From: Amphiscolops sp. MND2022
Lineage: Eukaryota
Assembly (NCBI GenBank): GCA_964187785.1
Contig: OZ076409.1
Location: 1,860,001-1,924,000, forward strand
Reading direction: 5' to 3'
Length of the DNA stretch: 64,000 nucleotides
The notes beneath the pieces are model-generated. The model did not search any database. It was given only the letters and a program-made list of their open reading frames with translations, and was not told the DNA's origin. How positions within the stretch are numbered: the first letter of the stretch is position 1; each line of letters opens with the position of its first letter. Below are positions 13,701 to 25,700 of the stretch, in pieces. A program made the position numbers and the translations under genes.

Positions 13701-15580
13701 TGCTATTTTGTCTTCCAAACTAAATTTGGGGTTCCACCTGCCAAAATCCACCTGCGAGATCGGCCATGTCACTATTGTATTTGTAGTCTTGGTTTGAGAC
13801 GCACTGCGTACCAAGTACCAACTAATGGAAGTGGGATTTAAGGAATACTAGCTCTCCCACGGCTTGTTAGGCACGTGTTCTCATCGATAAGATTACACTT
13901 AGGTTACTTTGATAGCGGTTGTGAGCAAAAGTGAGATTTTTGCAATATCCACTAGTACGCCTGGTAGGCCGTGTTTCAACAGACTAAATATTGAAGCTTC
14001 AACAAATATCGTAAAACGGGTGTTTAGCATATTAACAAGCTCGTTGTTGCACCTACTCAGGGCTATGATAGCAACATTACGATACAGATGCCGAAACGAA
14101 CTAGCAAGATCTTGCTAGTTCGATCAACAGCCAATAAAAACGCGTTCTTATTTTCGATACGCGTTATGACGTTTGCTCGTTACACTGGGTTGTTTGGCGT
14201 TACGCGTAGTCATCAAAATACAGTAAGTGACTACTTTACACTCTCTACAAGTACGTATTTGACTAGTTTCCACTTCACACACGAATGGAAGCATCATTTG
14301 GAGTTATTTGTACTCACGATGTGTACCATAATTATTTACTGGTTTCCCCTTTTCCCTAATTACGCTCAATGAGCACATCTGCAAATTCTGATTACACTGC
14401 ATCAAACTCCACGATGAGCACGATGCACTGTTTGACTAGAATACGGTTCGCTCTGGTTTCACAAAGAAGTACACTTTACACTTGATGAAAAATTCCACTT
14501 TTGCAGCATATGTATCGTAATAAAAACTGGTGCGATTTTTGTGCAAATTTTGACAAAATCAGCCGTTTTTGTCAAAACGCACGTCTGAGGCAGGTGGAAA
14601 TCACCTCCAGTGCTGCTAGCGACCTGACCAATCTCAATTTCACACCCTGTACCAATCTATCTGCATCGTGCAGAATTGACCATCAGTTGCGCAAAAAAAT
14701 GACTGCACGTGAAATGCGGTGGCTCAAAAATGTTGTTTGGAGAAGTCAAAAAGTTGTGAAATTTACAATTTCTGGCCAAACTCGCTCTCTAGGCTTCCTA
14801 GCTACCTAAGGTCTTGTACGCGGGCGTAATCAGTGTCAATGTCCACGTACCATAAAAGCAAAATTGCCGGGGATGCCTGGTTGGATATTTGACGATCCGA
14901 AGTGACGAAAGTATGCTCTTACCAAGGGGCGTTTCCTGGAGTCTAATTTCATAAAAATGTCAGTTTCTTCAAGTTAGGTAACAGCAGGGTGCTCAAAATG
15001 GACAAATTGTTGCAATTTGGTGCCGTGTGTGCAAAAATGAAAAATTTGGGTTGTGGGATATCCTGGAGATATTACACTACGCTCAACAAAAATTCGGTTT
15101 TTGCATCATTTTCACCCGATTTTTATGCAAACGGCGGCTATTTTTTCACAGCGACTATTTCGACTTGTCTCAGAAACACCAGGTCAGGGTTCCCGCTATT
15201 TCTCGGCAACCTTTGGTGGGAATCAGTCGAGCTTTCCGCCTTAGCAACCTTATATTCAGTATTAACGGAAATTAGGCAAGTGAAACCTGATAGTTTCCAA
15301 CTAAGGTCTCTCGAAAAGTTTTCAAGCTGCAGCTTTTTACACTCAGGGAACAGTACAAATACTACGCAGTCTCACGTATTTTTCATTTCTCTGTTTTCAG
15401 GCGGTCCGCGCGTTTTCACAAGTAACGTAGCAAGGTGTCTCAATTTTTTTCAGGGGAATGGGGTTTTCAATAAAAACTTTTGTTTAAATATCGCTCAGGA
15501 TTTTGGAGTCCTCCACCCAGCTCTATGTATTTGAAAAGAAATCAAATGTTAACACTTTCGACTTGTATTGAGGAGTCCAA
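7734..15580. repeat. Tandem segmental duplication, copy B (~7847-bp unit)
   Basis: 7848 onward matches position 1 onward, >99% by eye with scattered substitutions and homopolymer indels. 7734-7847 is inferred to be the unit start that is cut off in copy A. Confidence 0.95.
7821..7949. repeat. Near-perfect ~130-bp palindrome with tRNA B-box-like GTTCGAA in both arms
   Basis: CGTGAGTTCGAACCCCGCGCAAGTCAGTATTGTTTT...GAATCGATTC...AAAACAATACTGACTTGCGCGGGCTTCGAACTCACG. Most of it is also present at 1-103. Confidence 0.95.
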
Positions 15581-16870
15581 AACATGTCTTGGCAATAGTG
15601 TCTCGTATTGCCAAACATGCAAAAAAAGGCTGATTTTGGGCTGGAATGAAGGCTTGGGAACAAACACCCAATGCCTCCTTTTCATCAAACTTTGTGTAGA
15701 AGGCCAAATTTGACAATTTTCTACCAAAATTCGCCAAATCTTTTGGTGTTGTTGTAATCAAGTTTGACAAACTTTTCTGTTCCTGACTTAACAGGTCTAA
15801 TGAAAGTTTTTTGGTATTCCCACCGGTTGTACTCTCCTCTGAATCTTTTGGTTTTCAAAGGTAACCAGATCTGTAACCTGTACATATAGAATGTTATAGC
15901 CGCACCAGCACTATTTTTTACCAACCAGTCAGAACACCCATTGGTTATTATTAGTGAGGGTACGCCTGCCTCAGAAAAAGCTTAAGGGGCAACTAAATTC
16001 AAACGGAACAAAATAACTAAGCCGAAACTTGGGGTGTAGTCGCTGATCAGAGGTCCAAAACATGTGATATTGTGAAGTGTTTTCCCTGTCCCTCCAAACC
16101 AATGGAGCCCTTCGGCAATTGTCTTGACAGCTTCAAAACGTTAATGAAGAGCTGAAACAATGCTTCAGAACCTATAAAAGAGAATCAGGTTTTTGCATGA
16201 GTTTTCCCACAGGTACAAAATCGTATAATTGGGTGCTTCGCAATCCAACGTCAATATCTCTCAATAGACCTCGGAAGCACGCAAAGTATTCTGTTCGAAG
16301 AAGCCTGATAGGCTCAAAAAACAGTTTAGGACCATACCAAAAGTTTTTCCTAAAGCGAGACCTCACAGGGCCTGGAAGCAGGAAAAACTCCTAGTGCGAC
16401 AGAACAATGAAAAATATCCCCCTCTGGTTGTCATAAAAACTATTCTGGTTGTAACGTCAAGCTAGCAGCGTTCATTCTCAAGCTGAGACAATGTCTAGCT
16501 TGCTTAGACAGGCGACTGTGGTCTTACTACAAGCCTAGACACTAGTTTTTTTCCCAAAAAAAGGTCTCATAGCTGAATTTTTCATACGTAAACGATAATC
16601 CTCATTTCAGAGCTCGTGACAACATGCCGGCACTCTCGAGGTCCGGAAACGTACACAAGCACGAAAAAACAATTCCTAGGGTTCCTGCGATTTCCTACAT
16701 GCCTCCTAGTTCCAAAAACGCAATTAACTGAAATGCACTTAATTGATCGGTTACTGACTGGTCAGATATACTAAAATTACAGAATCCAACCGATCAAACA
16801 TTTCCAAATACCTGAAATAACGCACTTTTGGCAAAATTACTGCCATACAACATGGAGTCTAAGGCTCACC
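12958..16870 (-). mobile_element. Old ORF-less relative of the large Gypsy (LTR part - leader - LTR part)
   Basis: Two diverged LTR-like segments (12958-~13565 and 16450-~16870, starting TGT(T/A)ACGT) flank sequence colinear with Gypsy 54780-56955. No gag/pol remnants seen. Confidence 0.75.
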
Positions 16871-18695
16871 GAGTTTTTCATGAACCTCTCAGGTCTTTTT
16901 CATGGTACCATATTAACATAATTTTTCAGGTAAAATTGTTCGCTTTTCCAAAGTCCTTTGCTCCTGCTTTTTTACAATGCTACTTGAGTCAATTAAAAAC
17001 CTAGTGATAAGCAAATTTCCATCACTTATCATGGGAAAACTTGACTGGGAATAGATTTGAAAAAAATTCGAAAGAAACAAATGTATAAAATCGGTGGATA
17101 GAGAAATTGTTTTCTCACAAATGTGGTAAAGTATTTACTAAATTACACAGTAATATAAACTGACTGGGAAAAATATAGTTCGCCAGTTTTAAAAAAAGAC
17201 AGAAACGGCCCAAGTCGGCGCCATATCTAAGGTTAAAAAATAGCAAAAGGACTTCAAAGTGTCAAGTATTTTCTTCTACAGTACCCGCTTGAGGAAAAAA
17301 AGTTTTTTTAAATCCGAATTTTTTTTCGATTTTTTTTCAAGTCTCCGGTAAGTCGCATAGTGCCGAAAAAATGTAAAAGGGGGGCCTTTAGAGTTTTTTG
17401 AACATCCATTTTTTGCAAAGTAGAAGAAAATTGAAGGGAGGACCCTTTGGAAACATTGAAAAAAATTGCTAAAAAAAGCCTCACAAAGACGAAATAACAT
17501 GCACAAAAAACTTTGGTCAAAGCGAGATTCGAACCCACGTCCTTCTGCTTGGCAGACCTCAAAAAATCCTAATTAACCTCTATGCACAACTCACATTAGT
17601 GTGGCAGTTAAAGGAAGCCAGCTTATAAAGCTTATTACGATACACATCCCGGTAAAATGGATTTCAGTCACGCAGCGTAATCTGTGTAATCCGTAAAATG
17701 GTCATTCAGCGTAAGTTAGTCAAGACGGTCTATGCTTCAACGGTGTAGCTGTGTCAACGCGCGTAATGGAAAATAGTGTAAACTAGTCAAAGCACGTAGT
17801 TAGTGAAAAGTGGAAGTTAGTTCAAAAATACTCTTTTTCGTAATTCAGTCAAAACTTTGACTAACTTCCACTTTTTGCAAACTGCAGATCGCTATACTTG
17901 CAATAAGTGGAAGTTAGTCAAAGGTTTGACTAACTTACACCATGTTTTTGTGCATTCAAAACTCAGTGTTCATTTTAATTCCAATTCATACCACAGCATC
18001 GTAAACCAGTCAAAGTAAACAATGATTCAATAAATAATTAGTTATCATTACTAAGCTCTACCGTGCATAGTGCGTATAAACTGCATTCAATGGAAGTTGC
18101 ACACGTGAATACTTGTGTTTCATCCACGCATTTACGTGCAAATAAAATACCTTGTAGTTTCTAATTAGTACAATTATTACAATTGATTGATCTGTCAACG
18201 GGTTTCCTATTTTAAGAATAGATAATTTCAAAGCAGCCTTCATTAATAGTTGCCTAACTAATTCTAATTTTGGTCCCTGTCGTGAGCAAACAGGTGTCAA
18301 CTAGTGTAACGTCCTATCAATGCGCGTAATGTGTGACAAGTGTAAAACTTCCAAAAAAAAATATTCGCGCTCTGATTGGACAAAAATCGAACTAGCAGGA
18401 TCCTGCTAGTTTGTTACCGGGATGTCAGGCTTGTTAAATCGATAATCTTAGCTAACGATAATCTCGATAAAACTAGTCTAGATTATTTAACCTTCACAGC
18501 AAACATTATCCGATAATTTATCCACCATTCCGTGCTGCGATAATCTGATTGGCTGAAATCTGAAGCATGTACTTAAGCAATACATTAAATCGCATAATTG
18601 GCTAATATATCATTTTTGAGAAACAGCCTTAAAATTCTTTACCACGTATTTACAGCTATATACATTGTATTTCAACCATTATAAAGCCTGTTTCA

Positions 18696-19770
18696 ATGCC
18701 TCCTACCAATAAACAATATGTTGAATGCTTTTTTGAGCTTGATGGTAATGGAATTTACAAATGCAAGATTGATGGGTGTAATGTTAAAAGGAAAAAGCCT
18801 ACTGGCAGTGGATACGGAAATGTTATGCAGCATTTACTGTCCGCCCATCCGAATTTCAAGTTCGACTTCGAAAACGACATGCAAAAACTTTGTTATAATT
18901 ATCCGGGAATGGTTATTTCGGCCTATAAGTGGAATGATTGGATTGTGATGGACGATCTTCCTTGACAACGAAAGAACCCGGAAAAGCCTTCTGCCTATTC
19001 TTGAGGATTTCAATTCTGTAACCATTGTTTTGCAGGCATCAATGTGATCGCTATCAAAAGTACGAGCCTTATTCGATGGTGTAATGAGAAAATACCCCTC
19101 GATGGAACGGTATTTGGCCTCCGATGCGCATATTGTGCACTCACTATTTTTTGACCAAGCAATTTGCAAATTACAGAGTGGCAATTCAAGTTTATCCTCG
19201 GATGAAAAAAATGCCTTGACCAAATTCGTTGTGGATGATGTCCCAAGTGACATCACTGTGACTAAAAACTTCAGTCTGGCAGAAAGAGCATTGTCGGAGT
19301 GCGAATCATCATCGGATTTGAAATCAAACGCGAATCATTGTCGGATTTGATGTCAAATATGTTGGAATCGAACAGAAAGTCGGAACATCTGACATTGTGG
19401 AGAGGCTTTTCAGCACGGCTGGAAACATATTGACCCCGCATTACGATACACATCCCGGTAAAATGGACTTCAGTCACGCAGCGTATTCTGTGTAATCTGT
19501 AAAATGGTCATTCAGCGTAAGTCAGTCAAGACGGTCTATGCTTCAACGGTGTAGCTGTGTCAACGCGATAGTGTAACGTCGTATCAATGCGCGTAATGTG
19601 TGACAAGTGTAAAACTTCCAAAAAAATATTCGCGCTCTGATTGGACAAAAATCCAACTAGCAGGATCCTGCTAGTTCGTTACCGGGATGTGTATCGTAAT
19701 GCAAGTCGCTCAAACATGATGCCAACCAGACTAGAAGAAGTTCTTTTTTTGAAAGCAAACCGTCCTGTAT
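18696..19770 (+). pseudogene. hAT transposase remnant (BED zinc finger plus C-terminal dimerisation motif; catalytic core missing)
   Basis: FF...YKCKIDGC...GYGNVMQHLLSAHP (BED finger). At ~19382-19770: GTSDIVERLFSTAGNILT[insertion]SRSNMMPTRLEEVLFLKAN. Confidence 0.88.
19439..19701. mobile_element. CATTACGATAC-TIR MITE (inner, short copy) inside the hAT
   Basis: Perfect 23-bp TIR CATTACGATACACATCCCGGTAA. Lacks the ~540-bp middle of the outer copy. Confidence 0.92.
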
Positions 19771-20618
19771 GAGACATTCGACTCGGTTCAAAAATTTTTG
19801 ACTGAGATAATCTTGATGCTCTCTGTGATGAAGATAATCTTCATTTCAAATTTAAAGATTATCGTCAATGTTTTCTTCTCTAAGATAATATCTAGATAAG
19901 ATAATTAACAATCCTTCGCGATGTATATCGTAATGATAAAATCTGTGACTTCGTTGGTCTTAAAAAAAAAGAAAAAAAGAAAAGTCACTACTATAGTCTT
20001 CATTTTTCTACAAAAAGCGCCGACTAAAAAGACAATGTTGGCAAGTTTTCAACCAATCAGATTCGACCAATTGAGTTTGAAGCAATCGGCTCTTTCGGAC
20101 AAGTCAACAGCAGCCAACTATTGCAACACCATTCTCTACTTCGTCAGCGTCGCATTTCCTATTGGTTGGTTATGATCAGAGTTTTGACAAGGGTTAACCA
20201 AAAATTTCTAGCAACTCTATCACCGATTAAATTAACGGCAACTAATACACGGAGTTTCGAAATTTGTTTTTTTATCGTGCAAAAATTGAATTTCATTATT
20301 ATATATTTTTCAAACACTCTTGAATTAAAACATTTGTTAGTTTGAGGAAAGCGTTTTTCAACGAAACAGCGATTTTGAAATCCGCAGTTTAGCGATTATG
20401 GAATAATTAGCGATGTCACAACTCTGTTTGTGACCAGCAATTTCACATTTTTGTTTCTCTTGGTAAATTTTGAAGTCTCTTTCGGATCATTTTGAGGAAA
20501 TAATCAAAGAAACATGGTGAACTCATAAATAATTCTGCGATTTGACGATACATTCGCATAGAATATATGAATGTTTGGCTTAGGAAACATTAACCGACGT
20601 CGTCGAAAAAATCTAAAC

Positions 20619-21048
20619 CAAGACGGGAACGTCTAAAGTCGGCGCTATTTCCAAGGCTCAAAAAGAGCAAAGTTTTCAAAAATGTAAAGGGGGACCCTTT
20701 GGGCTTTTTCAACATCCATTCAGTTGCAAAATATCCAAAAAAATATGAAGGGGGGTCTTTGGAGACGTTAAGAAATTCCGTTAGAAAAAGTCTCATAAAG
20801 CCAAAAAAGAGGCGGGGAAACTATCATAGTGCCAAAAATTGGAAAAAGGGGGTCCCTCCTGGGTTTTGTATTTCAAGTTAAAGACTTTCGGATGCGGTCA
20901 AAATCAAGTACTGAGTACTTTTGGTAAAAGTGCATAATACACAAAATGTGGTACATACAAGGTGAGCTATTTGGTCTGACAAAAAAACGAAAAAAACTAG
21001 CCACTGCAATAGTCGGGCACTTTTCACTAGAAAAGCGCCGACTAAAAA
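20619..21048 (-). mobile_element. HINE/DINE-1-like element
   Basis: Minus strand: 5' TTTTTAGTCGGCGCTTTTC..GAAAAGTGCCCGACT hairpin, 3' subTIR GCGCCGACT, AGACG-TTCC-CGTCT stem-loop, CTTG end. Confidence 0.8.
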
Positions 21049-21460
21049 TGTTGAAACTTTGTTGACAAAGTTTTCAACAATCTAGCTTGCTTCTAAATAA
21101 TTAGCTACTATGTGCATGTAGTGAGTAACTTTGACCTTTGACCTTTTGACTCTCAAGTATGTATCATCAGGACTTGATTCCCAGGTCACGTGGTGATGGT
21201 GTTTGTCGTTCTGCTTCCCAAAAAAGTGCTTTCCCGCCAATTGGAAGACAAGCTGCCCCCTAGCGCCCAGCAGATGACATACACTGACTTTGACCTCGTC
21301 TCAGCCGACAACATGACTCAGAATGACGTGTCTGTCAAGTTTGATGACGACTGATTCACACGACTGTTGAAACTATTTACAGTCGTGGTCATAATAGTTA
21401 GGACACTATGATTTTATGAGTTTTTCACCAAAAACCACCACATATTAATAGAACAAATAA

Positions 21461-21810
21461 ACAACCAGAGCCGCATATGCGGTAAAGGAGTCGGCTTAGG
21501 TCTTTTTCCTTCTGACTCCCTCGCATCCCAGTCATACGAATTTATTGAAATTGTACACATAGAAGCATATTATGGTGTAGAAAATGACTGTAGAAAATTT
21601 CGTTCGAATCGTATGGACAGTTTTTTGAGAAAATCGAAAAAAGTCAAAAAAAATGGCCGTTTTTCAGCCATTTTTGGGCTAATTTTGGTTGTTTCTCACA
21701 TCCAGCCATACGATTTTGATGCCTTTGCACACGCAGGGGCGCCTTTGGGTGTAGAATGACTGTGCAAAATTTTATGAAAATCATATGGACAGTTTTTGAG
21801 AAATTTGAAA
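21461..21810. mobile_element. Fragment of a second probable Helentron-associated repeat
   Basis: Terminal CCGCATATGCGG palindrome and an internal ~175-bp direct repeat (GGTGTAGAA..ATGGACAGTTTTTGAGAAA). Confidence 0.35.
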
Positions 21811-22330
21811 GAGTGCTTGAACTCTATGTTTTGATTTGATCAGTTGTTCAATTTCATATTTTAATTAACAACCTGTCATATCGATCAAAGTGTTTTCAGT
21901 TGCGTGTTAGTAATCTGTCCTAACTATTGTGTCCGCGACTATATATCATCTAATGGTTCTTTTCCGCCCCACCCACCACCGAAATGTTTTTCAAAAGTTT
22001 GTGAAAATATCAGGACAAAAGGACTTGGAACTGAACCAGAATCAACCCTTCTGGTTTAAATTGCAAATTTTATTCTCAACATGACCGTTTAGTATCCAGA
22101 TATTACCATTTTCCGCACTATTTTCTATTTCAAGTCACGCATTTTCGATTAAGAAATCAACAGCTTCAACTTTTGAGTCACAAAAAAAACAGTTGATTTT
22201 CAACATGTTCACACAAAAAAAGATTTTAACAGAAGTATACTTCCTGTTATGGAAAACGATTTCACATTTAATTAGGTCAGTTTGAATTTTTGTTTGAATA
22301 ATTTACCTCGAAAATTTTCACAATGAGGGA

Positions 22331-22646
22331 TGAAGAAACCATAGTTTTCGGGAACTAAGGTCTGTTTAAGTGGAAAACATAAGAATCAGGATATTTATTG
22401 GTCCTTTTTATCGTCGTAAATCGAAGCATCAATGTTTTTGAAATATATGTTTTTATCAAATAACAAACTGCAAAAGAACATAAATGCAACAATATTAACA
22501 AATATTGGTAAACAACACTTTTTGAACTGAGTAGCAAGGCCTTTTCAAGAGCAATAATTCTAGAATATTCTCGAATTTCCAAAACACGCAAATGAACTAA
22601 TTCTATTAGCTTTTAATCTTATCGCTGAGCTAATTGCTTGTCAACA
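22331..22646 (-). repeat. BEL 3' LTR (PPT GGGCCCGGAGGA adjacent at ~22647-22658)
   Basis: Matches 31069-31384 except for one substitution that I could see. Confidence 0.97.
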
Positions 22647-22792
22647 TCCTCCGGGCCCAAGAAGATGTGGAGAAACGAATCAATTAAACAAAAAAATTTT
22701 TTTTTCGAATTTATATTTTCATACATGTTACATGGAATATAATATTGTAAATAAAGTACCGTGAAATGAAACAAAATTTTATGACTTATAAA

Positions 22793-25700
22793 TTATTCGG
22801 GAATAGGGAAAACGGGAGCGAGCTTAACAACGGGACGGACGAGATTACCAGTTGACGTTTTGACTTCGGCGGATCTGGCGACGGCATCGGTGCCGAAGTT
22901 TAGCTTCACAACACGGGCAAGCGGGTAGTGTCCTCTAGGTGCGGTTGGCTCAACTATCCAAACAAGATCTCCGGTCTTGAGGTCTCTGTTGGACGATTTG
23001 CACCATTTTGAACGGTGATTCAGATTTGGAACGTACTCCTTGAGCCAGCGATTCCAAATTGCGTCTGAGTACGCTTGGGCACGAACGTACCGCTTTCGGT
23101 GATCTATTTCAGCATGAAAGTGAGTAGGTAAAGTTGAACTAGCGGTCCCCAGCAGGAAATGGTTTGGCGTTAGCGCGTCTAGGTCTGCCGGGTCGGTACT
23201 CGCGGGGGTAATCGGACGAGCATTCAAACATTGTTCTACCAGGCAGAACGTTGTCATCAAAATTTCATCCGTCAGACGGCGGTTTCCTAGGACAGCGTAA
23301 AAAACGTGTTTAAAGCTTCGGACAACACGTTCCCAAACACCTCCGTGATGCGGAGCACTAGGCGGATTAAACTTCCACTTTATGCCTTTCTTTACGAGTG
23401 TTTCTCCGAGGACTTGCTGGTTCCAGTTTTTGATATTCATCAAAAGTTCCTTTTCACTGGCAACAAAGTTTGTCCCGTTATCGGACCAAATAACGGAGGG
23501 AATGCCACGACGGGCGCAGAACCTTTCAATTCCCATCACGCAGCTACTGGTGTCCATGCTTGGGACTACTTCGAAGTGGACAGCTCGAGTCGTGAGGCAA
23601 GTAAAGAGAAAACCCCAGCGTTTTTCAGTAGAACGCTTGACCGATACGAAGAAGGGTCCGAAGTAGTCAACGCCAGTGTTTGAAAACGGAGGTTCTTTGA
23701 ACGCAAGTCTTTCACGGGGAAGGTCCGCCATTATTGGATTCAGTGTTTCAGCTCTACGTTTGCGGCAAACAACACACCTCGAAACAATTGTTCTCAGGGC
23801 TGTTCTTAACTTGACTACAGCAAATCGCTGCTGTACCAATGCTCTGAGGTAATCAACACCCTGATGACAATGTTGAGCGTGCAAGTGTTCCAACAGTAGT
23901 CTGATCAAAGGATGGCGAGCATCCAGTATGATGGGATGTTTCACATCAAACGTGGCAATCTCAAGTTGTTTTGTTCTCCCAGAAGCTCTTACAAGACCAT
24001 TTGATCCAATAAAAGGGGAAAACTGGGCGATTTTAGATTTACTGCCAAGTGGCGAAGACTTGAGCAGATTGCTTTTTTCCATTGGAAAAGACTCGGTCTG
24101 AACAATGTAAAAGAGGTGTTGTTCAGCATTTTCAAGTTCCGCGGGGTCGGTGATGGCAGCAGTGCTAGTCTTGTACAAGCTACTCTTCGACGAAAGGCGC
24201 AACATGTAGGCTGCAATGCGCAGGAGTTTCTCGTATGAGCAATACTTCTGCCACTCGAAAGTTTTTGCAATTGCAGTTTGGTGTGCGGATAACAATGTCG
24301 ACGACTCTGTTGCTAGTTCATCACTCAGATCCAGTTTCGCTTGCTTCAATTTACTTCGAAAGTTTTCGCATGGCTTGAACGGCCATTCGGTGGTTCTCAA
24401 AAAACTCGGTCCTTTCAACCAGCAACTTTCAAGGAGTGCTTTGGAAGACAAACCTCTGGTTCCGGCGTCCGCAGGGTTGTCAGCAGACTGAACGTAAAAC
24501 CATTCGTCTACAGTTGTAAGTTCCAGTATTTCTGCGACACGGTTTGCGACAAAAACCGGTTGCTTTTCGAGGGAATGTAACCACTGCAGTACCGTGGTAC
24601 TGTCTGTCCACATGAAAATCTTTTCTATTTCCAGAGTCAAGGCTTGTTGGATGTCATTTCTGAGCCTTGCGGAAAGTAGTGCAGCTTGGAGTTCAAGCTT
24701 TGGAATTGTCAAAGCTTTCATTGGTGCAACACGTGCTTTTCCGAAAACAAAGGCTAACTCTGTTGAGCTGCCATGTTTCGAAACCATCTTTCCTCTCAGA
24801 AAGGCCACGGCACTGAAGACGTCTTGCGAACTGTCACCAAACATGTGTAATTCCAAACGCTCGACGTTTCGCGGAAAGTAGCTTCTAGGTATGACAATTT
24901 CGCTAAGTGATCCCAATTCGGAACTCCAGTCTGTAAACTTGGTTACGATGTCATCCGGCAGGACGTCGTCCCATTTCTGACCACTCAACCTCCAAATGTC
25001 TTTCAAGAGAAGTCGAGCCTTAACTGTATACGGGGCTACGAGACCAATAGGGTCGTACACGGCAGAGACAAGACTCAGCACGACTCTCTGAGTGACAGTT
25101 TGTTTAGTGTCCGGTGTTGTACCTCGACTGACAACAAGTGTGTCTGAGTTGTGATTCCACTTGAGGCCGAGGACGTGGGAAGACTCGTCCTGTGTCGGCA
25201 ATTGTTTTCCATCATTGCTTTGATTCTCCGAATCCGGTTCAATTTGACTCAAGATCTTCGGGTCGTTTGATACGAACTTCGTGAGTTTGAAACCACCTAT
25301 TGAAAGCATTTTCACTAAGTCTTTAGCCTTTTGGGCGGCTTCTTCTGCGGTTGGGCTCGACTCGAGATAGTCGTCCATGTAGAAATTCGTGTGCACGCTC
25401 TGAGCGGCTTTTGGGAACATGTCTGCGTTGTCTGTTGCGGTTCTCTTCAAAGCGTAATTTGCGCAAGTCGGAGAGTCCTTCGAACCGAAAATGTGTCTGA
25501 CGTATTGAAACACAGAAACTTCGGTTGATGGATCCTCCCGCCACAAAAAACGAATGGACGGCTGGTCTTTAGGAATTACTCCTACTTGCAGGAACATTCC
25601 TTCAATGTCGGCGGATACGGCGTTGGGGTACTGGCGGAATCGGAAAAGGATGTGGATCAAGCTTTGCAGCAGATCCGGGCCGGTTAAAAGAGCATTGTTC

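Larger units (their letters stand above)
18426..19916 (+). mobile_element. Internally deleted hAT transposon
   Basis: TIRs CAGGCTTGTTAA / TTAACAATCCTT; 8-bp TSD CGGGATGT / CGCGATGT; subterminal GATAA repeats; transposase remnants. Confidence 0.9.
17633..19935. mobile_element. CATTACGATAC-TIR element (outer copy); right TIR interrupted by a hAT
   Basis: ATTACGATACACATCCCGGTAA left end. Right end TTACCGGGATGT[hAT]ATATCGTAATG. Confidence 0.85.
17195..20030 (-). mobile_element. HINE/DINE-1-like Helentron-associated element, split by nested insertions
   Basis: Ends AAGACAGAAACGGCCCAAGTCGGCGC...ATCTAAGG and AAAAGCGCCGACTAAAAA, as in the other copies. Confidence 0.75.
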
